DNA of 64,000 bases from Lama glama (GCA_028534125.1 CM052817.1:52020001-52084000); one strand, 5' to 3'. Shown: positions 51,301-64,000, counted from the stretch's first letter. Made by a program: numbers and translations. The notes: generated from the letters alone by a model not told the origin.

Positions 51301-53207
51301 GAAATTGTTTCTCTGCCAACGTAAACACAGACACACACAGTTACTGCTGCACCAGCCACATCATTTAGTATCACTGTGAATAAAACCTTTGCTGTACATT
51401 TACTATTCTTTTTCGTATAGCTGAAGAATTATTTGAAACTCAAATATTCAACCAATGACAAAAGCAACAAGACAGTTTTTTGTATTAATTACTGTCCTGA
51501 GAGGATGAAGAGGAGCCATAGAAAGGAATCAAATATTTCTGGTAATAAAGGCACAAGTTTAGCCATCATATTTTTGCCATTAGCAAATATCTAAATTTCC
51601 ATTTAATGGCTTTAGGAAAGAGGTGGCAAAGATCAATAAGAATGACCTAATGATAAAAACAAAATAAAGACGTTTCAAAACAAAGCATTTTTCTCGAAAA
51701 GACACTGTGTTTATTAATTGAATTTCTATGAATGCTAGAACATGCTAGGAAAGTAATATCAACTTGGCTTAAGCTATATGTGTAGAAAGTCAAGGTACAG
51801 TTATATATAAACAGATATATATCTAATTTTAATATTTCTCATATATGCATATATTTATAATCATCCTTAAATAGTACTCTGAAGTCCTTGAAATAGAAGG
51901 AGTACGTATATCCAATTCACAGTAACCCTTTTAATGTATTTAATGTTAAATTGCAAATTGAGGAGTAGAGGATGATAAAGAAAGAATGTAATATTTCAAA
52001 ATTCCTAGAAACACAGTGAAAATTCCATGACACCTTTCTGAAATATTAGGCAAATTATCAATTGATTAACCTGCCCTTGATTTTATATTTTTATTAGATG
52101 TGTTTACATAGAGTAAGTTACATACATTTTATGTAAATTTATTACATGTACATCATAACATACACACATATGCACATGCACATGTGATCCTTTCCAGTGA
52201 TAAAACATAACTCTCTTTTTTAATACTAGTGATTGAATCATGATAATTTCTTAAAGGAAAAAAACACTGATCTGATTCAAGTAAGAAGAGTACTCAGGAG
52301 TGTTTTACAGGAGTCATTTTGGGATAAAAGATTAAAATATTGAGGCCTGATGAACAGGGGATACGATAGAAAGGGAAGGGGAGAAGAGGGAAAGGAAGGA
52401 GGCAAGCAAAAGACCGACTTCGACAGCTGTTACACCAGATGCTTTAAACAAAAGTGATTGAGATTGGCAGAACTGGAGAACAGCTTTGCAGTAAAATTAT
52501 GCAAAATGGGTAAATTGAACCAAAAGCTTTTATGTTGGCAAAAATAAATTCCTTCAATTACTTTTAAGACTAAAAGCTTAATAGATAGAAAGATCCCAAA
52601 GCTAGATAACACATGAAAACTAACAAAAAAGAATGTGGAAAACATGACTCCAAAATATGATTGTATGAAAAAGAACTATGAATCCATCACTTTTATCAAT
52701 TATTGTTGATTCTTCAACATGATTTATATGCTGATCAGTGTATAACAAAATCACAGAGAATCATTTAGGGAAATAAAAGAAACAATGAATGATGAAAACT
52801 ACTGAGCCTAATGTAAAAGATCTTTTAAACAAATGCTTAAAGATCTTGCCAGCCAACAATGATGGTAGCATGCATTCATATTAAATATGTTTATACCTAG
52901 TGCTTTCCATCATAAAATCAAAGAATTCTATGGCTACAAACAACAAATCCAAAACTTCAATTCTACCAATACCAAGAAAATTATATTGAATTGTTAAATA
53001 AATCCCACTAAAATTAGTGTATTTTACAAAGCCTATTGCTGACTATTTTTATTGTAATTGTTTCATTTGAAATAAAAGTGTTTAGAGCAAGTCATTGCTT
53101 TTAACTAAAAGAAGCCACTAGCCTTATTTCTTAATTTTAATTACCAAATGTCTAGAATCAGTAAAGAAATAGTACTTTCAATATTTCCCAGTTTTTTTTT
53201 TTTTCAG

Positions 53208-53230
53208 AATGGTGAATTATAAAGACCTAT
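53208..53230 (+). other. Candidate 23-nt exon of an unidentified host gene
   Basis: T13-CAG acceptor, then AATGGTGAATTATAAAGACCTAT, then a GTGAGT donor. The only open frame reads MVNYKDL. Confidence 0.3.
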
Positions 53231-53267
53231 GTGAGTCTTTTGCATTTCCTTCCTTACCTTAGTCCTC

Positions 53268-53470
53268 AGATCTACAAACTTTAGAATGAGTAATCAAACT
53301 TTATTTGATACTGTGGAGCTATTAAAAATATAATTTCTTTAATCCAGTCTATTAATTCAGCAGATCTGGTGTAGGTCCCAGGTATCAGAAACCTGAATTT
53401 TTGAAGATCTCTCAGGAATTGTATGCATGTTTTCCACAAACTGTTTTTGATGTTAAAACAGTGGTCTAGA
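53268..53470. mobile_element. MER5-like hAT relic
   Basis: 'aattcagcagatctggtgtaggtcccaggtatc...tttttgaagatctctcagg'. Confidence 0.55.
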
Positions 53471-53949
53471 CCACACTGCATCTATCTGAAGGCTCCATTT
53501 TCCTTAGGATCTAAGTCTTTGAAGAACCTACTCTTCCATGGTATTATTTAAAAATAAAAGAATATTACCTCAGTATCAAGATGACTTCTATATTATATTG
53601 CCAAGCATTCATTTCTAAGACATGATACTACTCAAGTGCCTTGATGCATGAGGAAGCTTTTCATCTAGATGTTGCTTTCAGATTTATGGAATATTAAGTA
53701 CCTAATATTATATCATCAATACTCGTGGGATCATTACTTTACAAAATTTTATTATTATACAACTAATAAATGTTATGGTAATTATTTCAAATAAAGAAAA
53801 CTATGTATTGAAAAAAGACTCCAAGCCATATTCCCCCGACTAGGTCTTTTGTCTTATGATAACCACTATATGAATGTAATCAGGATGTCTGTGCTGAAAA
53901 TTATTTTTTCACTTAAAAACATATTTTGGATATATAGCTATACCATTAT

Positions 53950-54525
53950 AATTAATTATATCTCATTCTCTTTAATTCTCCATCCCATTCAATTTTATGG
54001 TTATAATATTAATTTTTTCATCTTCCCTCTTTTGTGGTTATTTTTGTTATCTCCTCTTACTTTTCTCTCTTAAATACACAAAGTTGCAAACCACAGCACT
54101 TCCATATATCTTTTTGAATTCATAAACATATTTTTAAAATGTATTCTAGAAATTGAAGTTGCATCAAACATATTCTTTTGATAGAAATGACCAAATTGTT
54201 CTATAAAAAAAAAAATCCTATAATGGGTGAGCATTTCCCCCCAGCGTATTCTGAGCCAAGTATTATGGCCATTTGAATCTTTGCTTTTGCCAACTTCATA
54301 GGTGAAAAACTGTGACATCTTTTACTATTTACATTTCTCCAGTTATGAAACTTTTATGCCATAGGACTATTATTATAGTTATTTTAATAGTTTAAATTAT
54401 GGTTTAGTTATTTTAATTTTTTTCTATCTGTTCATATATGCTTTTCAAAATTTTGAGATTTTTTTCTTGTGAATTTTAAGTGTTTTTTATATCAGGACAT
54501 TCATATTTTAGTATATTTTGTGAAT
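53950..54525 (-). mobile_element. Old L1ME ORF2 fragment (antisense)
   Basis: 'ttgatagaaatgaccaaattgttct' and 'ttttgccaacttcataggtgaaaaactgtgacatct'. Confidence 0.65.
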
Positions 54526-54526
54526 T

Positions 54527-55175
54527 TGTAAAGAGTTATCAGGAGGTTAAGTACTAAGGTGCTGAGAGCATGAAATTCTTAGTTTCTGCAGACATGAAGG
54601 AGAAAAGGGTTACATTTTGGGAGGGAGGTTTTTATAAAAAGAAAAGTGAAGACTTAAATGACCATGTCACACATTTACCTTGAACTAGTGTTGTATCCAG
54701 AAGGGGAAATTTCCCCCCAATTCTCTTTTAACAAGAGGTAGGGGCAGCACTTAATTTTAGTCTTTTTTCCAGTGAAAACAAGCGAACACATCTAATGTCT
54801 ATGGTAGTCAAGGCTGGCTCTGTGTGCCCCTAAATATCCAGTTGGAATTGTGTAGGAAATTTCAATCCCTGATAGATCAGACTACTACCTAGAAGGGAAC
54901 CATTTCTTTTTTTCTGCTTTTTGGTAGTGAGTTTTGATTTTTGTAATCACGCCACTATTATTTTGTTATCCTCTGCTAGCATTATCAGTTGACATTTAAT
55001 ATCATTGCTTTTGAAATCTGTTACTTTATTGCTAATTAGAATTGATAACAGTAGTAGTGACTTACAAGTGTTGTGTTAGGTGTTCTTGATACTTAAGTTC
55101 CATTTCCTCTCACTTTGACAGTAAACCTCTGTGTTGCTGTAGGAGCTGGTGATTTATGCACAATCCCTTGTTACA
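54527..55175 (+). mobile_element. Possible ancient LTR (family uncertain)
   Basis: TGTAAAG...TGTTACA termini, with an AGTAAA-type polyA motif ~55 nt before the end. Confidence 0.3.
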
Positions 55176-57500
55176 TACCTGTGATAAAGTAGTCTGAGCC
55201 ATTCCTGGGCCAAGAATTTAGAAGTATTCTCATACTGTTACAATTAAATATAACTTTGATTAACTTGCAGCTAGTGTTTAAATATTACAGATCTCACTGT
55301 AAAACATTTAGTCTGGAGATAACTTGACGTTTATGAACTCTGTGAGATATCCAACTAGCCAAATCCAATTTAATGGGTTTTTACATAAGAAAGGTAATCT
55401 AATATACAAGTAAACCACAGGGAATTCATACCTTAGCAGACTAATACATAATAGTGGAAGTGTGTTCCACTGTTTTTTCTGGCTATATTCCCTCTAGTCA
55501 GTCTTAGTCCTGTGCAGGAGCCTTTCTAAGCTACCGAAATCTCACTCCATTTATAGGTCCCAATGTTTAATTCTCAGATGATTTTGAATGTCGTAGATTG
55601 TCTATTCAAAGTATGACACCTAAGAAATAAATGACCATATAAGCTGGCTGGGTGCTATTGAATGTGATCCTTAATGGAGAAAGACAGTGGGGTGAACACT
55701 CTGATTTCATGGAGTTCTTGGGTGCTGGCAAAAGACTGTATTTGCTCTTGAGAAGTCTTGTGTTCTCTTGAACATACTAGTCCTGTGGTGTGGTCCTTTC
55801 TCATCTCCCTCCTATAATCAATAGGTTCTGAACAGAGTAGGAAAATATTGACCAAGTATGCATGCACATCTTTAGTCCAATGCTTAGGTGTGTATCTTTT
55901 AAATTTTAATTATCAAGATCTTCTTTCCTCATTTCCTCCTTCATGATTGTCTTTCCCCCACAAAGCAGTGATTAATTAATGTCTGGCTATTCAGACTGGG
56001 AAATCAGGATGAAAAATCTTTCGTACTCAAGTGAAGATGTTTGATGAATACAAGGACAGAGAATATTATTGTGGTTAGTATTTTGAAATATTTTGCCATC
56101 ACAAACAGAATGCAAAATATACAAGTTTTTAGTGAAGGTACAGCCAAATGTACATGGGAAGGAGTAAGGAGTCAAGGAAAAATTCACATAGGGTAACAGT
56201 TTAACACAAAGGGTACAGGGCCAAAAGTTCTCATATTTATAGTAGAAGTGAAAATCAGTACAACATTTTTAGCATGATACTTAGCAAGATCAAAAGTAAA
56301 GTATTTTTCATTTCGGGTCAATTTATGTATTGTGCTTAGGTGAAATTCTTCCCAGAATTGTATTTATTTTTTGACTTGTCTTCAGAAATACTGGAAAACT
56401 ATTTTTCTCAATTACTCTTCATGAGATTGATACTGCACTAAATAGGTTTTTTTGTTAGTTTTTTAAAAGCTCTTTATTAGTGAGTTCCTAAATCTATTAA
56501 ACTGTGATCAGAGACTAAATCTTGTGTTATTTTCATTTCTTATCGGCTAAACTTATGTTTTATAGGCATTAAAAAGGTACATTCATTTTAGGATGTAAAA
56601 TCTCATCTTTTAGGTATCTATAACCAAATATTGATTTATATACATACAAACACAATTTTATCATATTGTTCACATTATCCAAATATTCTGCACTTGATGA
56701 ATTTTCACCTACTTACCTGTCATTGACTTCTAGTGATACAACAGCTCAAAGTAAAATTAAGTTTTGATGTATTCTTCATTAATTCACTTGAATATATTGA
56801 CATGTGGTTTTACCTATAAGGATTTGTATAAATTGGTTTTTATTTTAATTTACATTATTATGTTAAATTACTTTGTTATATAATGAACTAATTTTTATTT
56901 TGAAACCCATTGTCCTTGAGACTAGTAATGACTCCTCCATTTTTATTTGTATTTACATAATATATTTGGCTCGTGCTCAATGAAATATAGATGTAGATGT
57001 GTTATTGTGAGCCTATCATTAGGTTTTATTTTTACGTTAAATGAAACTATTTTCTTTTCATTTTAAGAGAAGGCCACATCATTTATATTTGTTAAAAGAG
57101 GTGATCTTTTTTTATGTTTTCATTTATTTATTTAAATTTTCTTCCCTATCCTAATATTTCATTGACATTTTTGTTCTTTTTTTTTCCCTGAATACACAGA
57201 AAATAAAATTCTTAAGAGATTGAAGCTAATCTTTGCTTTGGAGTCAGTGCTTTACGGAAATTTCACTGTGGCACTCTAACATGTCTTAGCAAGTGTATTG
57301 TCTGATTCAAAATGGGGACATTCTCAGTCTCATGCTCATATGATTCTGTTCTTGAAGGTAGAAAATATAAAATCTGGTAAATCAATTTACTTTTAGAAAA
57401 ATATAGAAGCAGATGCTAAAAGTTCATGTCTTATTCCTTCCTAATAACTTAAATGTCAGTTTAAGAAATGACTTTTCCCCTGCTTAGAATTTTTTCACAC

Positions 57501-57668
57501 CAGTCATTCTCAACCAGGGAAAATGGTTCCCTGAGAATGCTTATTGATATCTGGAGACATTTTTGCTCTTCAGGACTGGTGAAAGAGTGCTCCTGGCATT
57601 TAGTGAGTAGAGGCCGGGGGAGCTGGTAAATGTTCTGCATTGCACAGGGCAATAAGAAATTATTTGGG
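57501..57668 (+). mobile_element. MER20 (hAT-Charlie), partial
   Basis: 'cagtcattctcaaccaggg...tctggagacattttt...ctcctggcatttagtgagtagaggcc...gcattgcacagg'. Confidence 0.85.
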
Positions 57669-57678
57669 TCTTTCCCCC

Positions 57679-58061
57679 TGTTAGGGACTGAATTGTATGC
57701 CCCTAAAATTCATACGCTCAAGTCCTAACTCCCAGTACCTCAGAATGTAACTATATTTGAAGAAAAGTCCTTTCTACTAGGCAATTAAGGTAAAGTGAGG
57801 TCATATGGGCAGGCCGTAATCTAATATGATGGGTGTCCTCATAAGAGGAGATTAGAACACAGATACACACAGAGGTAAAACCATGTGAAGACACTGGAAG
57901 AAGATGGCCACTATTAGCCAAGGAGACAGGGCATTAGAAGAAACCAACCCTGCTGATACCTTGATCTTAGATGTCTAGACTCCAGAAGTGTGAGGCGATA
58001 AAGTTGTTGCAGCCACCCAGTCTATGGGTCTTTGTCATGACAGCTCTAGCAAACTCATACA
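57679..58061 (+). mobile_element. MLT1B-like MaLR solo LTR
   Basis: TG...CA ends, 'gactgaattgtatgcccctaaaattcat', 'aaccaaccctgctgataccttgatcttag'. 5-bp TSD ccccc/ccctc. Confidence 0.92.
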
Positions 58062-58069
58062 CCCTCCCT

Positions 58070-58627
58070 GTAACCGAATCCCCTTGCCATGCAACTTTTT
58101 TTTTTACCACCTTTATTGTGATATAATTCCTGTACAGTAAACTACATATATTTCAGATGAACAATTTGATGAATTTTGATAGATGTATATACCTGTGAAA
58201 CCACCACCACAATCAAGATAGCGAACATTTCCATCACTCCCCAAGAGGTGCAACTCTGAGTGCCTTCCCATGGGCTTGCTTTGGCTAATGTGATATTAAT
58301 AAACATGATTAAGCAGAAACCTGGAGAGATCTAGTGCATGAGGTTTGTGCATGTTGCTGCTCTTGGGAGCCACATGCCTGTCCTCATGTGAACAACACTG
58401 GGCCAGTTTGCTGATGATGAGAGACATGTAGCTCAGCAACACTCCCCCACCATCCGCCAGTCCATTCCCCCAGCCCCAGCCAACAATCATCTCATATTCA
58501 GAAATGGAGTCACTTTGATGAGGAGAGTATTGCTCAGCTAAGCACAGTGCAGATTACTAACCCTCAGAATCTTGAGTTTAATCTTGAGTTAAATCATGGT
58601 TTGTTATGACAGCTAAAGCTAATTGCC
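58070..58627 (+). mobile_element. Older MLT1 LTR split by an antisense L1 3' fragment (58096-58248, TSD tgcaact)
   Basis: MLT1: 'gggcttgctttggctaatg', 'ggtttgttatgacagctaaagctaa'. L1: T-tail plus 'acctgtgaaaccaccaccacaatcaagatagcgaacatttccatcactcc'. Confidence 0.75.
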
Positions 58628-59374
58628 AGGTCATCAATTAAAAAAAAATGTACAAGTTAAGGATCAGTTTTCTTAGATTTTAGAATTTTTCCTGCAGCGA
58701 AAGTTAGATCCCTTTTTTATTATTCTGACCAGGAAAAGTCTACCAGTTACTATTACCATTAGTGGGACTGGACATTTTTCTTAGTCCTTTATTGTAAATC
58801 AAATAATTTTTTTGCGACTACAGGATTCAGCAAATGTAGGCCTGTAGCCCAAAGCCATTAGACTGTGATATTATCAAGGGTAAAATAGGATGCCTTCAGT
58901 ACTTACATAAGTGCAAAGCTAAACTCAAAAGACTGCTTATAACAAAAGTTTTGGGAGTATATTTTTCGATATCGTTTATTATAGTGCACTGGACACAGGG
59001 TAGTATATTGCACCTATAAATCAGTTGTAGCAAATTATTTAATGATGCATTAACTGTAGAATTTCACATATATTACCATTCTTTAGCCAATGTTGAGTGC
59101 TTTTTCAATAGCTTAATCCATCCCTGAAGTACTGGAGCACGCATGGTCATCCATCATTACAGGACACATAGTTTGAACTGCAGTTTTCTTATATTCTTTT
59201 TATTTTATATTAAAGTAGCCCTATCAATAGTAAGTCAGATACTAGATGAGAACTGCCACTAAATTTACACTTATATGTGTATGCAAAAAGTGTGTCCTTA
59301 ATTCTTTTAAAAACCCATATCCTGTTTTATTTTTTATTGACTTGTTCTTTCTTCTCCCTCTGCTCTCTCTCCAG

Positions 59375-59386
59375 TGTACCTTTCAG
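59375..59386 (+). other. Candidate 12-nt microexon (or recursive AG|GT site)
   Basis: Long AG-free pyrimidine tract containing TGC, then CCAG, TGTACCTTTCAG and GTAAAA. Frame-preserving with no stop codon in any frame. Repeat-free flanks. Confidence 0.45.
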
Positions 59387-59774
59387 GTAAAAAATTAAGC
59401 AAAGTAAAACTGGGAGATAAATTTTTAAAAAATGACTTTAGATCTTATCATAAGATATATTTAGATAGGGATAATTAAAATAACTTGAAAAAACAACATT
59501 AATTTGTTTCTTAGAAAATTTTGCATTATTAATTTTGTTGCTTGCATTAATTTAATAAACCAAATAAATTCCACACACGTCCCAGGTAGACAGTACATAG
59601 AAAATGAATTACTGGCGCTTTCATTAAACGGGAAGGACTGAATATGCTTATTTATCCCTGCTCCCTCCTGAAATTTAACTAAAATGATGGTAATTAAATA
59701 TGAAAGTTACTGGTCCAGAAGGAACCTTCAAAATTAAATCTGGGATTAGAGTTTTAATTTTGAAAGACTCAGTA

Positions 59775-60500
59775 TATGGATATTGCTTTCCTTCAAATGT
59801 TCACCCCAAAATCTTGGAGTTATCTTTAACTACTCTTTCCCTCAAAGCTTGGATAAAATCCATCAGCAAATCTTTTTAGCTCGAGTTTAAATTATATCTG
59901 ACTTCTCACCATACCCATCATGATCCAACACACTATTACCTTTCACCCAGATTACTATAATAGCTTTATAGCTAGTTTCCATTCTCATACCCTTATTCCT
60001 TGCTATAAATCAATAGTGAATCAAAAATGAAAATCAGATTATTAAAGCCATCTTCTCAAAACACTCTAATGTGAAGAAATTCCATTGGGCAAAGTGCTAG
60101 TATTGCATGGCTGATAAGGCCCCTTATGCTCTAACCCTCTGCTCTCTGAATTCTACCTCTTTTCCTCTAGCTTACTCTACTCCAATTCCTAGAACAGTCC
60201 AAGTAAGGTCTTTGAACGTACATGTCTCTCCATCTGAAACACTCCTCTCTCACAGCTGTTCATACTTCCTTTTTTCAGGTTTCTCCTAGTTGTCTCCATA
60301 ACAGCAATACCTTCTTTGGCCACCCAGCATGAAACAGCAACTACTGAACTACTCAGATTCCTTGCCTTTCCATATTAGAATTTGACCTTCATGAGTACAG
60401 GGACTTTTTTTTGATTTGGTACATTGTACTTCACCCAGTATACAGAAGAGTACCTGGCATTTAAAAGTAAGGGTTAATAGAAGTTTGCTGAATGAGAAAA
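59775..60500 (+). mobile_element. L2 3' region
   Basis: 'ccccaaaatcttggagttatcttt', 'atccatcagcaaatc' and 'ccttcatgagtacagggact...tacctggcat...tttgctgaatga'. Confidence 0.8.
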
Positions 60501-61799
60501 TACATGATTACCTTGGAATATATCATACCTGAAAGGTTCTCTACAACTGAGATCTTTCACTCTGGAAATCTTTACTTTGACCTATTTCCTGTTTTTGTCT
60601 TCTATTTTTTAAATTATTCCCTTCAAGCTTAAAAATTCTGCCTTCTCTTAAATCTCAACATCCCCAGAACATCAGTGGGCTCTGATTAAACTATCATTTT
60701 TTCTCATCTATTGGATGTAGATACCAAGAAGAGACCCCATGGTTAGCCTTCTTAAGGGTGTTATTATCAATAAATTCATACTACATTTTCATGTTAACTT
60801 GTGTTGAGTTCCCTCAATAATGATCAGACATAAGATATCACTACTAAGATATCACTACTATTGGCTTTCTCTGCTTCTTTTGTCAAACTGCTAGTTATTG
60901 CTATAAAACTTCATGAAACTATACTCTGGATGTACTATACATTTACCTTTCTGTATGTCCTATATTCAAAATGATATTAGCTCTTTCAGGCCACTAGAAT
61001 AATACTGTTTGGTAAAGAGAGCATATGTTAGTTTTTAAAACATTGAACAATTCACTACAAATTATAATAATGAACTATGTTTCTCCTTGACCTGCTTATT
61101 TTAAAAATAAGTTCTATTGCACAGATCTTGCTGTCTGCTTGGTACTTGATAATGATTCAAAAAATTTTTTAAAGGAATGGCAATATAGTTAGTGTGCTTC
61201 AATTAATATATTAATTCCCAAAGACACTCCTTTTTTACTAAGGACATTAATTTATGGAGAAGTACCTGATGTTGGCACCTAAGTATCACCTATGTAAATA
61301 ATGATACCTGTTTCATGATCTTGACACAAGTTCAAAAAAACAGACAAGGAGGTAAATAATACAGATCACTGAAAGTAAAGCAGCTGGTATTTTCAAACAC
61401 TTCAATGAAGAACGAGAGAGAAGGAAAAAAAAATGTACTCCATGGATTAGAACCAATCAAATTTGCACCGTTGCTTGACATAATATACCATTGGTTCTCT
61501 TCTTCTGAGTTTCACCTATTTCTGCATGTTGATAGACCTTATCACAAGTTGTAACTATAATCCTATCATGATGGAAAATCTTATTGTCACACTATAGAAA
61601 TAGGCAGCATCTCAAAGATGAGGAGTCTTAAAGACAAATAAACAGCAATGCTTCTTATATTCTAACTTGTGGTTTTCAGTCAATACATTCTAGCCCTGTT
61701 CTGGTCACTTTTCACTCATTTTAGAAGTAGACCTCATCATGTTCACTATTGTTTGAGTAGTCTGTCTGGAACTGCTGGGTCCTCTGGGACCACGGTCCT

Positions 61800-64000
61800 G
61801 TCTACCTTCTTCCAGTGTTCCATGAACCTTACTTCCTATTATTAGGCCTTTGTTATCTCTTACCAAACCTTCTCAGTGCCAAATATATGCTTACATTGTC
61901 CTCTCATCATTACTTGATTCAATACCTTCCTGACCAGTAACTGTCTCCTTGGCTTCTTTGTGGCTTCATATCTTCAGGACCCTTCCATTTCTGGACATAT
62001 CAGTCTGTAGCCAATCCTGTGTTATGTCTTCTTGATTTTCTATTTTAATACTTTCTCTGAGTTTCATCTTTAAACTTATTTTCCATTCTCCTCTTTTTCT
62101 TTTTCTCTCGGATGTGACCTCCTGCCTCTTAAAGGTAATCCTTTCACCTAATAACAGGTTTCCATTATTTCTTTTCTCCTCCAGAAAATTTCTTTCTTCT
62201 CTCTTCTCTCTTTCCCTGTCCTTTAGTTCCTCTATCCCCATAAACATAAGCATACCGACTACTTCTCTAAATAGAAAATAATCTCTCTGAATTCAGCTGC
62301 TTACTTAATTATCTTGTGTTTATATAATTTCCAGATTTCTTGAAAGACACTCTGTCCTGATTTCTTTCTTCTCAAATATCAATCCAGTCAGTCCTTAATA
62401 CATCACAAAAGTCTATTTTCATCATTCTATTCCATATTTCAACAAATGCTCCTCTAAAAGTAGTCAGTATCCTTATTATTTCCAGATTATGAATGCCCAT
62501 TGTTTAGTTCTTACCTTTCTCTATAGCATTTCAATTCTCTTATTTTTAACATCATTTCATTCCTTGGCTTTAATAGTCTACATACTTCTAGTTTTTTTTT
62601 ATTTATTGGACGACTTTTTCTTATTCATGCCTTTGACACCTCTTCCTCCTTGTTATAGCATTCTTTTCTTAATCTGTGTTTTTATTATTTATTTATTTAT
62701 TTTTATTGAAGTATAGTTAGTTACAATGTGTCAATTTCTGGTGTACAGCATAATGTCCCAGTCATACATATAAATACCTATATTTGCTTTCATATTCCTT
62801 TTCATTAAAGATTATAAGATATTGAATATAGTTCTCTCTGCTATACAGAAGAAATTTGGTTTTTGTCTATTTTTATATAATATGTGTTTTTAGTATTTTG
62901 TTTTAAATCCTTATTCTTATCTTTACATTTTCTCTCTAATATATTTCATCAGTCCCTTAGCTGCATAGACAATAGTTGGAGATAGTGAACAAATGTGTCT
63001 ATAATCACAATCTTTTGTCAAGTTCTGTGAGTGGATTCCATAGAATGCTGAAGATAATGACCTAAATATACAATGGAATGTCATATTTATAATAACCAGA
63101 TCCAAATTTGTCATTTTCCCACTAATGAACTCTTATCCCAACTCTACTCTTAGTAACTGGCAGGTCCAATATTATAATTACCCAGAATTAATATTTAGAA
63201 GTAATACTCTACTTTTTAAAGTTTGTCACATCATATATCCTAATAATTGCCAAAACCTGTGCAGTCTGCCTTCTGTTAAATTCCCAGCACCCTGATCTAA
63301 GTTATTATTACCCTTTTGTTGGGTTGCTTAGATTCTCAAATAGTATTAGGGCCTCCAATATATACTGCCCTACCATAAAAATAAACACTTAAAATAATTG
63401 CCTTATCATGTCCACTGTTTATAGTATTAGACTTTGTCTTTTTATAACGTTTAGGGTCTCAAAAATCAAATATTAATGGGCCTTTTCAACAAGTATTATG
63501 AGTATTTTCCTGTACTCACTCATGTGCCAGTCAGATTTACCAGTCCTTGAGTATCTGTGTACTTTTCATTTTTACTGAAAGGCTTTCCCAATATTTCATG
63601 TTTCATCTCAATCTCTCAAATCTATATATTCTTCAAAACCTAGCTTTTATGTCATTTCCAGTATAAAACTATTCCTAGTTTACTCCTTACTGATATATTC
63701 ATTTTTCCACAAATTTTCATCTTATAATAATAAGTGCATCTTTTGGGGCATTTATTAAATCATTTTTTCTTAAGGTTTTGTGCATTCTTTTGAAAAACAG
63801 TTACTGAGCACTTCACTTCCTTTTGAATGAGGCCTATCCTACCCACCCATTTAACATTGCAACTCTTCCCCTGTACTGACAATCCCCATTATTCTTTATT
63901 GTCATACTCATCAACTTTTAAAATACCATGCATTTATATAATTATGTTTATTGTATACTATCTTTTTTGTGCACTACGATGAAAGCTTTATGAATACAAT
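61800..64000 (+). mobile_element. L2 fragments
   Basis: Pyrimidine-rich L2 motifs: 'tgaatgcccattgtttagttcttacc', 'aatttagaagtaatactc', 'gaggcctatcctacccacccatttaac'. Confidence 0.65.
62678..62880 (-). mobile_element. Young L1 3' terminal fragment (antisense) nested in L2
   Basis: (TTTA)n tail then 'ttgaagtatagttagttacaatgtgtcaatttctggtgtacagcataatgtcccagtcat', the reverse of the 3'UTR type at 19430-19901. Confidence 0.88.

Noticed and set aside
52395..52760. Possible third retrocopy fragment
   Set aside because: Only short open frames, and I could not match them to any known protein.
55655..55867. 70-aa minus-strand ORF with an acceptor-like site
   Set aside because: No recognisable homology or good donor. 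Length is within chance expectation.
56711..56813. Perfect minus-strand donor CAG|GTAAGT with an upstream AG
   Set aside because: Poor pyrimidine tract, stops in all frames, and it lies in what looks like decayed L1.

Overview
AT-rich mammalian genomic DNA, dense in repeats. The youngest L1 3' ends resemble camelid/cetartiodactyl L1s, and I saw no Alu, Bov-A/BovB, PRE-1 or CAN SINEs, so a camelid source is plausible but inferred. I found no intact protein-coding gene, RNA gene, CRISPR array or prokaryotic system. Most of the window is L1, L2, MIR, MaLR/ERV LTRs, hAT and TcMar DNA-transposon relics and microsatellites. The notable part is 32.6-37.9 kb, with two adjacent, co-oriented processed pseudogenes. 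The first is a very old, essentially full-length YBX1 retrocopy (5'UTR to polyA signal), broken by MER5A1 and L1 insertions and carrying an in-frame duplication of a C-terminal motif. The second is a MAD1L1 retrocopy that runs from the ATG to the codon equivalent to K406 (an exon end, from memory) and then switches to non-mRNA GC-rich sequence. Its 3' half is a CpG island-like GC peak with AT-to-GC-biased substitutions and many small deletions. A few + strand splice-signal pairs, best of all a 12-nt microexon candidate at 59375-59386, hint that the window is intronic to an unidentified + strand gene. All homology calls come from remembered reference sequences, not database searches, and repeat boundaries are approximate.
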